This document shows positions 47,193-56,632 of a stretch of DNA of 64,000 nt, piece after piece (within the stretch, counting starts at the first letter, position 1; every line of letters starts with the position of its first letter). Origin of the DNA: Bdellovibrionota bacterium (GTDB taxonomy: Bacteria; Bdellovibrionota_C; UBA2361; OMII01). Location: the NCBI GenBank assembly GCA_044351795.1, contig JBILFA010000003.1, forward strand, positions 2,275 to 66,274, given 5' to 3'. The notes beneath the pieces were generated by a model that saw only the letters and a program-made list of their open reading frames with translations, ran no database searches and was not told where the DNA came from. The position numbers were made by a program, and so were the translations under genes.

Positions 47193-49152
47193 TCTTTATC
47201 TCCTCTCTAAATAGAGCGTCTGAAAGTTTATTCACTACCTCGTTATAATCGCTTGCTTCGACTGATCGATTTTTGGCTGTGTTGCTCGGGCATACGAGTC
47301 GTAATGTGTAGCCGCTGTTGTCGGTTTTCAATCCACCCTTGAGAACACACACGTTACTCTGCCCGGAAGCATCGAGAAAGGGTCCGCTTACGATAGAGCT
47401 TCTGAGGGCACTGTTTGCCTCACTCGTATCGATAGCAACCGGCAACTTGAATCCGTAATTACGCAGCTCTGCCGGTGCAGTGTAAAAAATTCGGTAAGCC
47501 ATGTCTCGATAGGTGTCCGATGATGTGCTCAGGGAGCGCATGCGTCGCAAGGATACATGCGTTCGCAAGAGATCGTCGGCTTTCGGGCGCGCTCTCTGTA
47601 TCACAGAGTCCAGCAAGGCGTTGGCTTCCTTCTTGGAGAACCATCCGAGCTTCGCCTCTGCTTCGTATGCGTCGTAGTATGTCGTGGAAGGAGAACGCTT
47701 ATCGGTTTCACGCTGATGCCGTAGGCGACGATTGAGGCTCCCTGCAGAGTAGTCGGCCAAGACCTCTCCTAGTGTCGGATACTCGAGAAGGCTGTCTGTA
47801 TTACGAATTATCAGGTCTTCAATGTCGTTGAGTTCGCTGACGAGCATCTGTCGAGCACGCCGCATCATCCACCACGAGTGTATGTCGTTGGATGCGATCT
47901 CTTTCTTGATGGAAAGCCATTCCAACCAGGAGAGGGGGCGGTGGCTCCGCAGTATGTTGTTTTTCCGGTCAAGGGCCTGCGCTAGTGAGATCGTCACTCC
48001 GACCATGAGATCGTTTTGGTTGGTGCCTATCTTACCGAACCACTGTGTACCCTCGAGCGCGCTCTGAAAGCGCTGGATTGCGCGGTCGACGTTGCCGGTA
48101 TGAAGATCGATACGCCCGCGGGCAAGGCTGACCAGCGCTGCGTGCTCTTCGTTGTTTCGGAGCGGGAATTGCGCAACGCAGCGTGCGAAGCCATCCATCG
48201 CAGACATCGCGGCTTCGTAGCGCATCTGCTCGATATACAACAGGGTCAGATTGAGGGCAGGAAGCACATGCTCACAACCATCTTTGAGGCTTGTTGCTCG
48301 TAGGAATGACGACTCTGCGGTGTCTTCTTGGAATAGTTCGCGGTAGACCTCTCCGACGTTGTTGAGTGGGGTAGCCGGTTGACCGGAGGAACCCAAAGAG
48401 AACTCGGCCGCAATTGCCTTCTTGAAGACATCAATCGACTCTTGAGGCTGGTCGTTCATGGAGAGGAGGATTCCTAGCATGTTGAGTGTGCGGCCCGGCT
48501 CGGCGCCGGAAAGAATGCCGAGTCGAGCGACGCGGATCGCTTCCTTGATGTTCCCCAACTTCATCAGGATCCACGCGCGTGAACCGGGATACCAATCACT
48601 GTAGTACCCTAGCGAGCTGTATCGATCTAACGCGTCGAGTGCGCCTTTGTAGTTGTCGAGGTTGAGCCGAATTTGGCTGATGGAGTAGAGGATGTTGCCG
48701 TGCTGAAACTGCAGATCGGCTCTGCGGTAAGGCGGCTGTCCGTACTTCTTCTCAAAAAGCTCCTCGGCTCTTTTGATATACTTCATCGCCAAACGGTAGT
48801 GGCCTACGTGCACGAGGTAGTAGCTGGAGAGCATGAGGTGGACGCGGTGATCTTCAGGGTCTTTCTTGAGCGCCTTGAGAAGCTTGGTGCGAGCGTCGAG
48901 GAGGTGTTCCGTTTCGAGAAGGGAGGTTCCCTCCCTGAGAAGCTCCTCGGCGGATTTATTGCTGTCGTCCTGTGATCCCAGAAGCTCCTCTGCTCCCCAG
49001 ATGTCGAATGGATCGAAGGGGTCGAGGATCTGCCCGTCTGCCGCAGGTTTTGGTGCCTGCGCTTGGAGAGGCGCTGTCAGGGAGATCGAAACTCCTACTA
49101 CGGCCACGAGCGCGCAACGCCGCAGAAGGTTACCAAGAGCGTTTGTTACCAT
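47176..49152 (-). CDS. secreted TPR-repeat protein
   Basis: Signal peptide 'ALVAVVGVSISLTAPLQAQA'. Multiple TPR-like A/Y/G-spaced helical repeats. Confidence 0.7.
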   Translation of the reverse strand: MVTNALGNLLRRCALVAVVGVSISLTAPLQAQAPKPAADGQILDPFDPFDIWGAEELLGSQDDSNKSAEELLREGTSLLETEHLLDARTKLLKALKKDPEDHRVHLMLSSYYLVHVGHYRLAMKYIKRAEELFEKKYGQPPYRRADLQFQHGNILYSISQIRLNLDNYKGALDALDRYSSLGYYSDWYPGSRAWILMKLGNIKEAIRVARLGILSGAEPGRTLNMLGILLSMNDQPQESIDVFKKAIAAEFSLGSSGQPATPLNNVGEVYRELFQEDTAESSFLRATSLKDGCEHVLPALNLTLLYIEQMRYEAAMSAMDGFARCVAQFPLRNNEEHAALVSLARGRIDLHTGNVDRAIQRFQSALEGTQWFGKIGTNQNDLMVGVTISLAQALDRKNNILRSHRPLSWLEWLSIKKEIASNDIHSWWMMRRARQMLVSELNDIEDLIIRNTDSLLEYPTLGEVLADYSAGSLNRRLRHQRETDKRSPSTTYYDAYEAEAKLGWFSKKEANALLDSVIQRARPKADDLLRTHVSLRRMRSLSTSSDTYRDMAYRIFYTAPAELRNYGFKLPVAIDTSEANSALRSSIVSGPFLDASGQSNVCVLKGGLKTDNSGYTLRLVCPSNTAKNRSVEASDYNEVVNKLSDALFREEIKNGSGT

Positions 49153-51335
49153 GTGCGCTCCCCTAGGAACTTGACGACCGATGCGGGGTTCAGGAGAGCC
49201 AAGAATCGTTTCCAGCGCGGAACTGTCTTGATAGCGGAGAGCCCTTTCGACATGGCGATACTCACTTTTTCGCTCGAGACTTTCTCACGTGAGTCTTTGG
49301 CATAGGCAGACGAGAGGAGTAGGCTGGTGATCTCGTCAAGTCCGCGGAGCGGGGAGCGGGCTGCGAATTCCGAGCGAGTCTCTCCAAAAGATCGCGACAT
49401 GCCGAGATCGTGAAATCGAGAGGCAAGGGCCACGTATCCCCAGCGCAATTTCGTGTTGGGTTTTACAGGAAGGGTCCAGCCGAAGAGCAAAAGGACTTTG
49501 AGCAGCACAAAGGCACCCACTATCGAGTAGAGTGCTCGTGAGAGGTGTTTGATATCGGGCATCCAGAAATCCTCGGGATCAATCATGCCGGCCTCGTCTT
49601 TGACCGAATCCGAGGGGAGGATCTCTTCCCCGGGCTCCAGGATGCCCATCAGCTCTTCGAGTAGCTTGGCATCCACTTGAGTGTCCGCATGGCTTTCGAC
49701 TTGGTCGGGTTGCACGTCGAATGGTATCCATCCGATGCTCTCGACGTAGGTTTCCGCCCACGCATGGCGGTCGCTCATGCGCAGAAGGATGTGTCCGTCC
49801 TTAGCTTGACTGAGGTCGGTAAGATAGCCGGTTGCGATACGAGCCGGTATTCCGAGAGAGCGGGCCATGTAGACGATGGCGTGGGCGAAGTGTACGCAGT
49901 ATCCACGATGATCCCCGAACAGAAACGGCGCCACAGGGTCTTCATCCTGCTGAATGGTGTGATTCGGGGTCAGCGTATAGATCGCTGTTCGGGAGAGGTA
50001 ATTGGTGATGGCGCGCATCTTCTCCACCTGCGATTCAGAGCCCTTGGTAATCTCAGCCGCAAGGTCCGCGTATCGTTTATCGGGATGCTGTACGAGGTAG
50101 TGTTGTCTAACTTCCGAAGACCAGCGCCGATCTCCGACTGCCAGAGGAGATATCTCACTCGGTTTGAACGCCGGTCCAACTGAGTAAGCTCGGTACGTGC
50201 TTCGAAAGCGGCCGGGTTTCGGGTTCTTCAGTTGCACGATTGAAAGCGGGTAATCGAGCGCAAATGCGTTGTCGTGATCGGCTAGAAGGTAGAACGACTG
50301 TACAACGGGAGTTCGAGATTGAAGCTCAGCGTCCTCCTTGCCGGTGAACGACTCCTGCGGCTTGATGACCGGCAGATCCGTGTCGTATGCGCGGCCTGCG
50401 AACACCATTTCGCGACCATTGAATGCCGAGAGGGCGCTCTCTCGCAGATAGAGCATCGGGGAGAAGGGGTTGTCGGTGTAGTCGCCTTCGAGGCGCACGA
50501 TGCCTGCCGGTTGGTTCGTACTTCCGAGGGCTGATTGGAAGCTCAAGGGACTGACTCCTTGTTCGCTACCCATACCGACACCATTTGCTACCCGAGCAAG
50601 CATGATCCGATTGAAGTGGTTATAGACTGCCTTCTGGATCAAGAATACCAGCCCACCTTGGAACGCAAGAGCGACTAGGGTCAGCAGCCATGCGCTCTTC
50701 GATGCTGCCCTTTGCACCTGCATGGTATCAACTCGTGGTCGCGTCGCTCGCGAGGCTACGAACAGATAACTGACGGCAGCCATGAGGAGTATCGAGCCGA
50801 TTATCAGAAGCATGGTGAGGTGGTTCACATGCAGCCGCCAAGCAAGCGAATTGATGATTTTCGGACGATCGAGGTGAAAGTTTCGATGTGCAGCGAAGAT
50901 TAACACCGCTGTTCCCATGAACATCAACATCTCGAGGGTTACGGCGAAGCGTACGCGCCAAAAGAGCCACGTTGCTATTGAGGTAAATGAGAGTACGAGC
51001 AGGCAGGTCGTCACGTGGAGCTCTACTGCGTCGTTGAGAAAGAACCGACTGGAAAATCCGGACAGGGTGTGGTCGATCACCCAAAACAGAGATCCCACAA
51101 CGAGCCACAGAAGGCTCACCGAGCCCAAGAAGCCCCATGAATTGAGACGAGTGCGGGCTAGTGCAGAAGCCGCGACAACTCCTAGAACCGCAGCGACAGC
51201 GGTGTATATCAGAGGAGTTCCTAGCGGCACTATCGTATTGAGGCCCACTAAACAGAGGATGAACCAAAACGCACGAAACAGTACGACGGTAGTGAAGAAG
51301 GGGATGGCTTGACGAGCCTCGGCCTTGACGCTCAT
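49146..51335 (-). CDS. transglutaminase-domain membrane protein (TgpA-like)
   Basis: N-terminal multi-TM region, then the Cys-His-Asp core: 'GYCVHFAHAIVYMARSLGIPARIATGY', 'DRHAWAETYV' and 'GWIPFDVQPD'. ATGA overlap with the upstream DUF58 gene. Confidence 0.85.
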   Translation of the reverse strand: MSVKAEARQAIPFFTTVVLFRAFWFILCLVGLNTIVPLGTPLIYTAVAAVLGVVAASALARTRLNSWGFLGSVSLLWLVVGSLFWVIDHTLSGFSSRFFLNDAVELHVTTCLLVLSFTSIATWLFWRVRFAVTLEMLMFMGTAVLIFAAHRNFHLDRPKIINSLAWRLHVNHLTMLLIIGSILLMAAVSYLFVASRATRPRVDTMQVQRAASKSAWLLTLVALAFQGGLVFLIQKAVYNHFNRIMLARVANGVGMGSEQGVSPLSFQSALGSTNQPAGIVRLEGDYTDNPFSPMLYLRESALSAFNGREMVFAGRAYDTDLPVIKPQESFTGKEDAELQSRTPVVQSFYLLADHDNAFALDYPLSIVQLKNPKPGRFRSTYRAYSVGPAFKPSEISPLAVGDRRWSSEVRQHYLVQHPDKRYADLAAEITKGSESQVEKMRAITNYLSRTAIYTLTPNHTIQQDEDPVAPFLFGDHRGYCVHFAHAIVYMARSLGIPARIATGYLTDLSQAKDGHILLRMSDRHAWAETYVESIGWIPFDVQPDQVESHADTQVDAKLLEELMGILEPGEEILPSDSVKDEAGMIDPEDFWMPDIKHLSRALYSIVGAFVLLKVLLLFGWTLPVKPNTKLRWGYVALASRFHDLGMSRSFGETRSEFAARSPLRGLDEITSLLLSSAYAKDSREKVSSEKVSIAMSKGLSAIKTVPRWKRFLALLNPASVVKFLGERTW

Positions 51336-52660
51336 ACGAAGACCTCCCATTGCTTGTGGAGGCATCCGGAGAGAAAATCGTGGTAGGCGCTCGGAGAATT
51401 GGAATTTGTGTCAGTCGTATCCTGCAGCATAAACCAGCGTGCTGCGAGCGATGCTCGTTGCCGAGCGTTCGTTGCCCGTAAAGCAGGGGGAGGCGTCAGA
51501 CAAAAGACGGGCGCGATGCCCTGGGTGTCCAGCCACGCTGCGATTTCAGAGATCTTTCGCGCTTCTGCTTGATCACTCAAACGATTCCCCGAACAAAAGA
51601 TGAGGATCTTGCTGACTTTTATGCCCAGCGTCGTTTTATGACAGTAGTCTAAGAGCGCCGTAGTGTCCGCGACGAGCTCTTCTTGCGAATCGCGCGCAGA
51701 TTCCCACACGGCGTCTATGAGGAGCGTCTCAGCAGCTCCCGGTGTCGATGCCGGGATCTCCCCACGACCTCCTTGGCACCCCACAACGATGTCTAACTTG
51801 AGTTCATCGAGTGAGCGCACGTACGCTAGTGCACGCGAACACACCTCGTCATCGGAAGGTCCGGCGAGTACGAGGATCACCACGTATCCTTCGGGGGTCA
51901 TAGAGGCCTCGGGATGACGCGACAGGAGCTCCCCGCGTTTGGCAAACGCTTTCCAAACTATCTTTTTGACGCCATCGGATGGGTGGTAGGCCTTGATCTC
52001 GAACGGGTCTCCTTGTCGATTGACATTGTCAATAACGAGATCTCCAGGCCGCTGTGTAGAGCTCAGGATGGGAAGATGTGCTTCGCTCGTCATCGGCGGC
52101 GCAACCACAACCGAAGTTTCCTGAGCGCAATGCCACGAATGGTGCGCAAGTCCGGCGATATCTTCAAGCTTGCATCGTACGCCGCGGATGAGCCATGAGC
52201 CGCGATGAGGAAAGGTCACATCGAGGTGCACACGTCGTGTGCCGCGAGACATCCCGGTGACACGTACCACCTTCGGTACAGGCAGAGGGTGCTCGAAGTC
52301 TACCAAGAGGTCCAGATGTGTGAGTGGTAGGATTCTCAACTCCGGCAGGTGCAGCACGATTCGCGCCGAGGTTTGCGAGACAACGTGTATCTCGGGAGGA
52401 AGAACGTGCACAGAAGTGCCACGCTGCAAAATGATACCGTGGATGACCACTAATGATACCAGGGTTGCAATAACGGTCAGGCCTCCGTAGGCAAGCCCGG
52501 CCGATACGATATCAGAGCTGTTATTGATTGGACCAACGAGCAGATACAGCAAGGTAAGCAATATAATCACCGAGCGAGGGGAAAGGGGCCCTAGGCCCTG
52601 AAATCGAGCGATCCTGTGGATAACGCCCGTGACTTTGCTCGTGTAGAGCTGGTAGTTCAT
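51332..52660 (-). CDS. DUF58-domain protein
   Basis: Two N-terminal TM helices. 'GDPFEIKAYHPSDGVKKIVWKAFAKRGELLSRHPE' matches the DUF58 signature (R.Y..GD..R.I.WKA.AR...L). Confidence 0.75.
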   Translation of the reverse strand: MNYQLYTSKVTGVIHRIARFQGLGPLSPRSVIILLTLLYLLVGPINNSSDIVSAGLAYGGLTVIATLVSLVVIHGIILQRGTSVHVLPPEIHVVSQTSARIVLHLPELRILPLTHLDLLVDFEHPLPVPKVVRVTGMSRGTRRVHLDVTFPHRGSWLIRGVRCKLEDIAGLAHHSWHCAQETSVVVAPPMTSEAHLPILSSTQRPGDLVIDNVNRQGDPFEIKAYHPSDGVKKIVWKAFAKRGELLSRHPEASMTPEGYVVILVLAGPSDDEVCSRALAYVRSLDELKLDIVVGCQGGRGEIPASTPGAAETLLIDAVWESARDSQEELVADTTALLDYCHKTTLGIKVSKILIFCSGNRLSDQAEARKISEIAAWLDTQGIAPVFCLTPPPALRATNARQRASLAARWFMLQDTTDTNSNSPSAYHDFLSGCLHKQWEVFV

Positions 52661-52893
52661 GAATATAGCCTAGGCATTACAATGTGTTGGCCCTGTTATC
52701 AACATTTGTCGCAAGGTGTTGGTAAATGTGGATAACGCCCCTCTCTTCATATGCTAGAAAGCGCCAAGAACACTCAACGGGTAAGTAGGATGGAGTTTCT
52801 GCCGAGGAGGCTTCTGCCCTATACTGCTTTTCCCTGTTCCGAGTGTGATCTCTTGGTCTCCTCGAACCGTAGACAGGGAGCGTAGCAATCACT

Positions 52894-55023
52894 ATGGGCG
52901 AGCGAAAGGAGCAAGACGAAATCAAGAGCATCTTCCTACAGGCCGGGCCGTCGCGCGTGCTCTCGGACGAGGAGTACATAGGCCTCGGGTGGGCACTCAG
53001 CCGAGCAGATGACGAGCTCTCCACACCTGCTTACGGGGAAGTTGTTGGGCTTCCCGCGACGCGCAGCCCCCGAGAAACTCTCGTTACGGCATGGTCACTC
53101 CTAGGACGACTCCCGAAAAGTCTGATGCATGCGCTCGGTCTCGAAAAGCGACTTGTTCCGATCGTAATCCGTAACTTGAGGCCCCGCTGCCCTACTTGTA
53201 AGGCGATTGCTCAAAGACCCATCGACCTCTCTTTTTGTGAGATCCCGGAGGAAGGATTTGTTGCCCTGGTCATTCGAGATGGAGCACAGGAAGCGTCGCT
53301 CGAGGAACGGTGTGAGTTGTTGGGTGTGGAGCGTGCTTATGTCGACGGTAAGCTCGTTCGAGGCGAGGAGGTTTCCGGTCGTAACGGAGAGCCTGTACTG
53401 CGGTTGTTTTCGGCCGCGCGAGCTGCTGAAGAGCGCGGAGCTATAGATGAGTGGTTCGCTCGGGGAGGGGGCCCGTTGGTAGTGATGCATGTGCCGAGTC
53501 GTGAAGCGCAGGGGCGAGAACTCGGGGTTCTTTCGGGTGGTTGGCGCTGCCCAACATGCAACCAAGGAATGGCGGCCCCATCTGTGAGCGATCTGTACGA
53601 GCCTGAGCCCTGTGGTCGCTGCAGGGGAGAGGGCTGGTTGCTTGTCGAGAACGCGCGCCTCTGTGCATGCGAAGAGTGTGATGGTTTCGGCTCAACTGCT
53701 CCGATAGGTGAGGCACAGCTTGGTCCTGTCATGCTCCGGCACGGCGCTGTTCTCACGACTGAGGATCTTCTTCGCGAAGATTTCGAGCTCTCTTGTGAGG
53801 AGTCTCAGATGCTCCACCTATTACAAACGGCCGGGCTCGGCCGATACCCCCTGGGAGCTCCACTGGCCTTGCTCTCGTCTGCCGAGAGGGTGTTGGTGGC
53901 CACAGTAAGTGCACGTCTCTCCGCGATCAAAGGGTTGATATGTGCCGTCGACGCTCCTGCTGTTGGTCTCATGAATGGATTGCCGGGGCGCGATGCGTGG
54001 GCTCAAGTGAGCGATCCAACGGTCTTTTTGTATGAGCCGGCTGAGCAGGCTTCCCCCAGAGAGCTGCCTCAGGAGTCTACTTGTGAGTGTATCGAGTTAC
54101 GGGATGTGTGTGCAGGACCGATTGCGGCTGAGAGGCTCTCCTTCCCGATTAGAGCAGCATCGCTTGTACAGACAACGGCACAGGCTGGAATCCCTCTCCT
54201 GTTCGAGGAGATAGAGCGCCGCTTTTCACAGCGTAGGAAGCGCAGCCAAGTTTGCAGCTTCGGCGACATCAAACGGTGCTGTCGAGTGGATTGTCATCAG
54301 ACCGACTGTGACTCTGTACTTGGATTGCTCGGATTGGAGCAGGAGCTTGCGCAGGAGATCGCACGTTCTCAAGTGGCGCGTCAGCTTGGGTTTTCAGTTG
54401 AGGATCTCGATCTATCGAAGGGGCGATACCGATGTCGTGAGTGTCTCGCTTCTGAGAGCAGGACAGAAAGAGAGTCGTGTGACGTGTGTCGTGGAACGCT
54501 CTATGATTGGCGAGTGTCGCATCTACCGATCGGCAAGCGTTCCTTGGGTGAGGTCATGCGAGGATCCTTGGAGGAAGCGCGCAACGCCCTGTGGGCGCAC
54601 GATGTTGCAGAGGCCGTACTGTCCAGAGTTCCCGGCGATTTGAGGACTCGACTATCACTTGCTACGGATCCTGCAGAGATCGCCCCAGCCGAGCGGCGCT
54701 TTCTCGTGGCGTGCGGTGCCTTGGCACATATTCCTTTCAATAGGGCACGAGCGTCGAAAAGAGGCTCCCTGGATACGATTTCGACGCTGGTGCTTCTCGA
54801 GGGTGCCTTTGCAACAAGCCGCAGCTATCAAGAGCTCGTATTAGACCTGATCGAAGAGGCCCTTGGCGCAGGTGCTACGGTTCTGTGTTCTGAAGCTCCC
54901 CAAGCTCTCGAATCTTGTTTCCGCTCTGTGGTAAGGTTGTCGGAGTGTCAGGTCAGGTCGATTGAAAGGCTGCAAAGTCGCTTTATGGATAGACGGCTCA
55001 CTCGCTGGTTGAGGATCGTCTGA
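52894..55023 (+). CDS. UvrA-like protein with degenerate ABC ATPase motifs
   Basis: 709 aa, collinear with E. coli UvrA modules. Zinc modules are retained: 'RCPTCKA', 'WRCPTCNQG...CGRCRGEGW' and 'CRECL...CDVCRG'. Signature-equivalent segments are 'LALLSSAERVLVATVSARL' and 'EIAPAERRFLVACGAL'. Walker B equivalents are 'ICAVDAP' and 'LVLLEGA'. There is no G-x4-GK[ST] anywhere. Confidence 0.6.
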   Translation: MGERKEQDEIKSIFLQAGPSRVLSDEEYIGLGWALSRADDELSTPAYGEVVGLPATRSPRETLVTAWSLLGRLPKSLMHALGLEKRLVPIVIRNLRPRCPTCKAIAQRPIDLSFCEIPEEGFVALVIRDGAQEASLEERCELLGVERAYVDGKLVRGEEVSGRNGEPVLRLFSAARAAEERGAIDEWFARGGGPLVVMHVPSREAQGRELGVLSGGWRCPTCNQGMAAPSVSDLYEPEPCGRCRGEGWLLVENARLCACEECDGFGSTAPIGEAQLGPVMLRHGAVLTTEDLLREDFELSCEESQMLHLLQTAGLGRYPLGAPLALLSSAERVLVATVSARLSAIKGLICAVDAPAVGLMNGLPGRDAWAQVSDPTVFLYEPAEQASPRELPQESTCECIELRDVCAGPIAAERLSFPIRAASLVQTTAQAGIPLLFEEIERRFSQRRKRSQVCSFGDIKRCCRVDCHQTDCDSVLGLLGLEQELAQEIARSQVARQLGFSVEDLDLSKGRYRCRECLASESRTERESCDVCRGTLYDWRVSHLPIGKRSLGEVMRGSLEEARNALWAHDVAEAVLSRVPGDLRTRLSLATDPAEIAPAERRFLVACGALAHIPFNRARASKRGSLDTISTLVLLEGAFATSRSYQELVLDLIEEALGAGATVLCSEAPQALESCFRSVVRLSECQVRSIERLQSRFMDRRLTRWLRIV

Positions 55024-55088
55024 GGCTTTGTGCAGTAAGGATAAGGAGCGGCAGTGCTGCCGATCCTCTCCTAAGGTATGGTGGCGTA

Positions 55089-55856
55089 ATGAAAATGAAG
55101 CTCGAAAGCAAGATGAGTCGGCAAGAGTTAAAGGAGCTTTTGTATCGTAGGCGTTATGTCGTGCCTAATGCCGTCACAGTGGGAAACATGTTTTGCGGTT
55201 TTTTGGCGATTATGTACGCGGCGGCTGATCGCTTCGACAAGGCAGTGGTCGCTGTTCTGATAGCGATCCTACTCGATGGGCTCGATGGAAGGGTTGCGCG
55301 CCGACTCAATGCGACCTCCAAATTCGGTATCGAGTTCGATTCCTTCTCGGATGTCGTTTCCTTCGGCCTTGCTCCAGCCGTTATGATGTATCATTGGGCT
55401 TTTCGCTCCGTTGCGGATGAGTTCGGTATCTTGATCACCTTCTTTTATGCTCTGTGTGCGGCGAGCCGTCTCGCACGCTTCAATATCTCGGCGGAAAACC
55501 TGAAGAGCTTTTCGGGATTGCCGACCCCTGGAGCAGCGGTCTTTGTTGTTGCCGTCATAAATGCCGCGCCGTATCAGCAAGGGTCGTATCTTGCAGCGGT
55601 CGCGGGTTCCATCGCGATGGCGGCGATTGGGTATCTCATGGTCTCAACGATCGAATTCGCCAGTATCAAGCAGTTTAAGCTTGCAGGAGTGAAGTTTCGA
55701 GCGCGAATAGTCTTGGGGTTGTTGATAGCCCTGATGTGGTACCACCCTAAGCTCGGACTGCTTGTTCTGGCCGCGTCGTATGCCGCCAGTGGCCCTTATT
55801 CGAATGTTCGACACCGCTTGCCTGTCTGGCTTGGAGGTAGGGTTCCTGTTCGGTGA
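55089..55856 (+). CDS. pssA: CDP-diacylglycerol--serine O-phosphatidyltransferase
   Basis: CDP-alcohol phosphatidyltransferase motif 'DGLDGRVARRLNATSKFGIEFDSFSDVVSFG' (D-G-x2-A-R-x8-G-x3-D-x3-D). 'PNAVTVGNMFCGFLAI' N-terminus. Confidence 0.85.
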   Translation: MKMKLESKMSRQELKELLYRRRYVVPNAVTVGNMFCGFLAIMYAAADRFDKAVVAVLIAILLDGLDGRVARRLNATSKFGIEFDSFSDVVSFGLAPAVMMYHWAFRSVADEFGILITFFYALCAASRLARFNISAENLKSFSGLPTPGAAVFVVAVINAAPYQQGSYLAAVAGSIAMAAIGYLMVSTIEFASIKQFKLAGVKFRARIVLGLLIALMWYHPKLGLLVLAASYAASGPYSNVRHRLPVWLGGRVPVR

Positions 55857-55993
55857 GCGTGGAGGCAAACGAAGACTCCAAAAAGTTCATGATCGCTTCG
55901 ATACGATGAGGAATGTTCACAAAGAGACCGTGGAGAGCAACGAGGGGAGAGGTACAGGTAAAACCGGTGCTGTGTCCCTCGACGCCGTCGCGG

Positions 55994-56632
55994 TTACGCC
56001 GCCGGTTTGACCGTATAGATGTTTATCGGCAACAGATTCAACCACACCCGTTCGCGGTGGAGATGACTGAGGCTGCCTGAGTCCTTCATGAAACCGTTTA
56101 CTTTGGCGACACGGTCGCGCTGCTCACGGGAGGAGATCTTCTCGTTCAGTTTTCGCATCCCCATGTATTCGTAGTAGGTCATCAGGGTTTCAGCCGTGCT
56201 GATCTTCCTGAGCTTATCGAAGATCGATTGGACCGTCTCGAGGTCGAAATTAACGAAGGGAAGTGCACACACGATAATGTCGAATATCGTGGACTCAGGA
56301 AGATCCTGGGCCGCTCCCTCGAAGAAGAATACCTGATGTCGTCTGCGCTGATAATCGGGACAGGTCTCCAACTTCTCTTTGAGCGCCTTCATGAACCGCG
56401 GGTTGATTTCGCAGATTGTGAGGGAATCCCCCTCCTTGAGCTCTCTTATGATAGGTGTAGTGACGGAACCCGTCCCGGGCCCGAGCTCGAGGATTTTTTT
56501 CGGAGTCCTACCAGGTTTTCGTAGCGGATTGATAAGGGCCTGAGCGGCCCATTTGGAAGTGGGGAAACAAGCACCCGTGGTTTTGAATTCCAGTAAAAAT
56601 TCGCGCAGAAAAACGAGGTTTTCCTTCAACAT
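55994..56632 (-). CDS. class I SAM-dependent methyltransferase, PmtA/COG3963-like (phospholipid N-methyltransferase-like)
   Basis: 'FLREFLLEFKTTGACFPTSKWAAQAL' plus 'ILELGPGTGSVTTPII' plus 'FDIIVCALPFVNF' is collinear with rhizobial-type PmtA as I recall it. I chose the ATG at 56632. Confidence 0.6.
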   Translation of the reverse strand: MLKENLVFLREFLLEFKTTGACFPTSKWAAQALINPLRKPGRTPKKILELGPGTGSVTTPIIRELKEGDSLTICEINPRFMKALKEKLETCPDYQRRRHQVFFFEGAAQDLPESTIFDIIVCALPFVNFDLETVQSIFDKLRKISTAETLMTYYEYMGMRKLNEKISSREQRDRVAKVNGFMKDSGSLSHLHRERVWLNLLPINIYTVKPAA

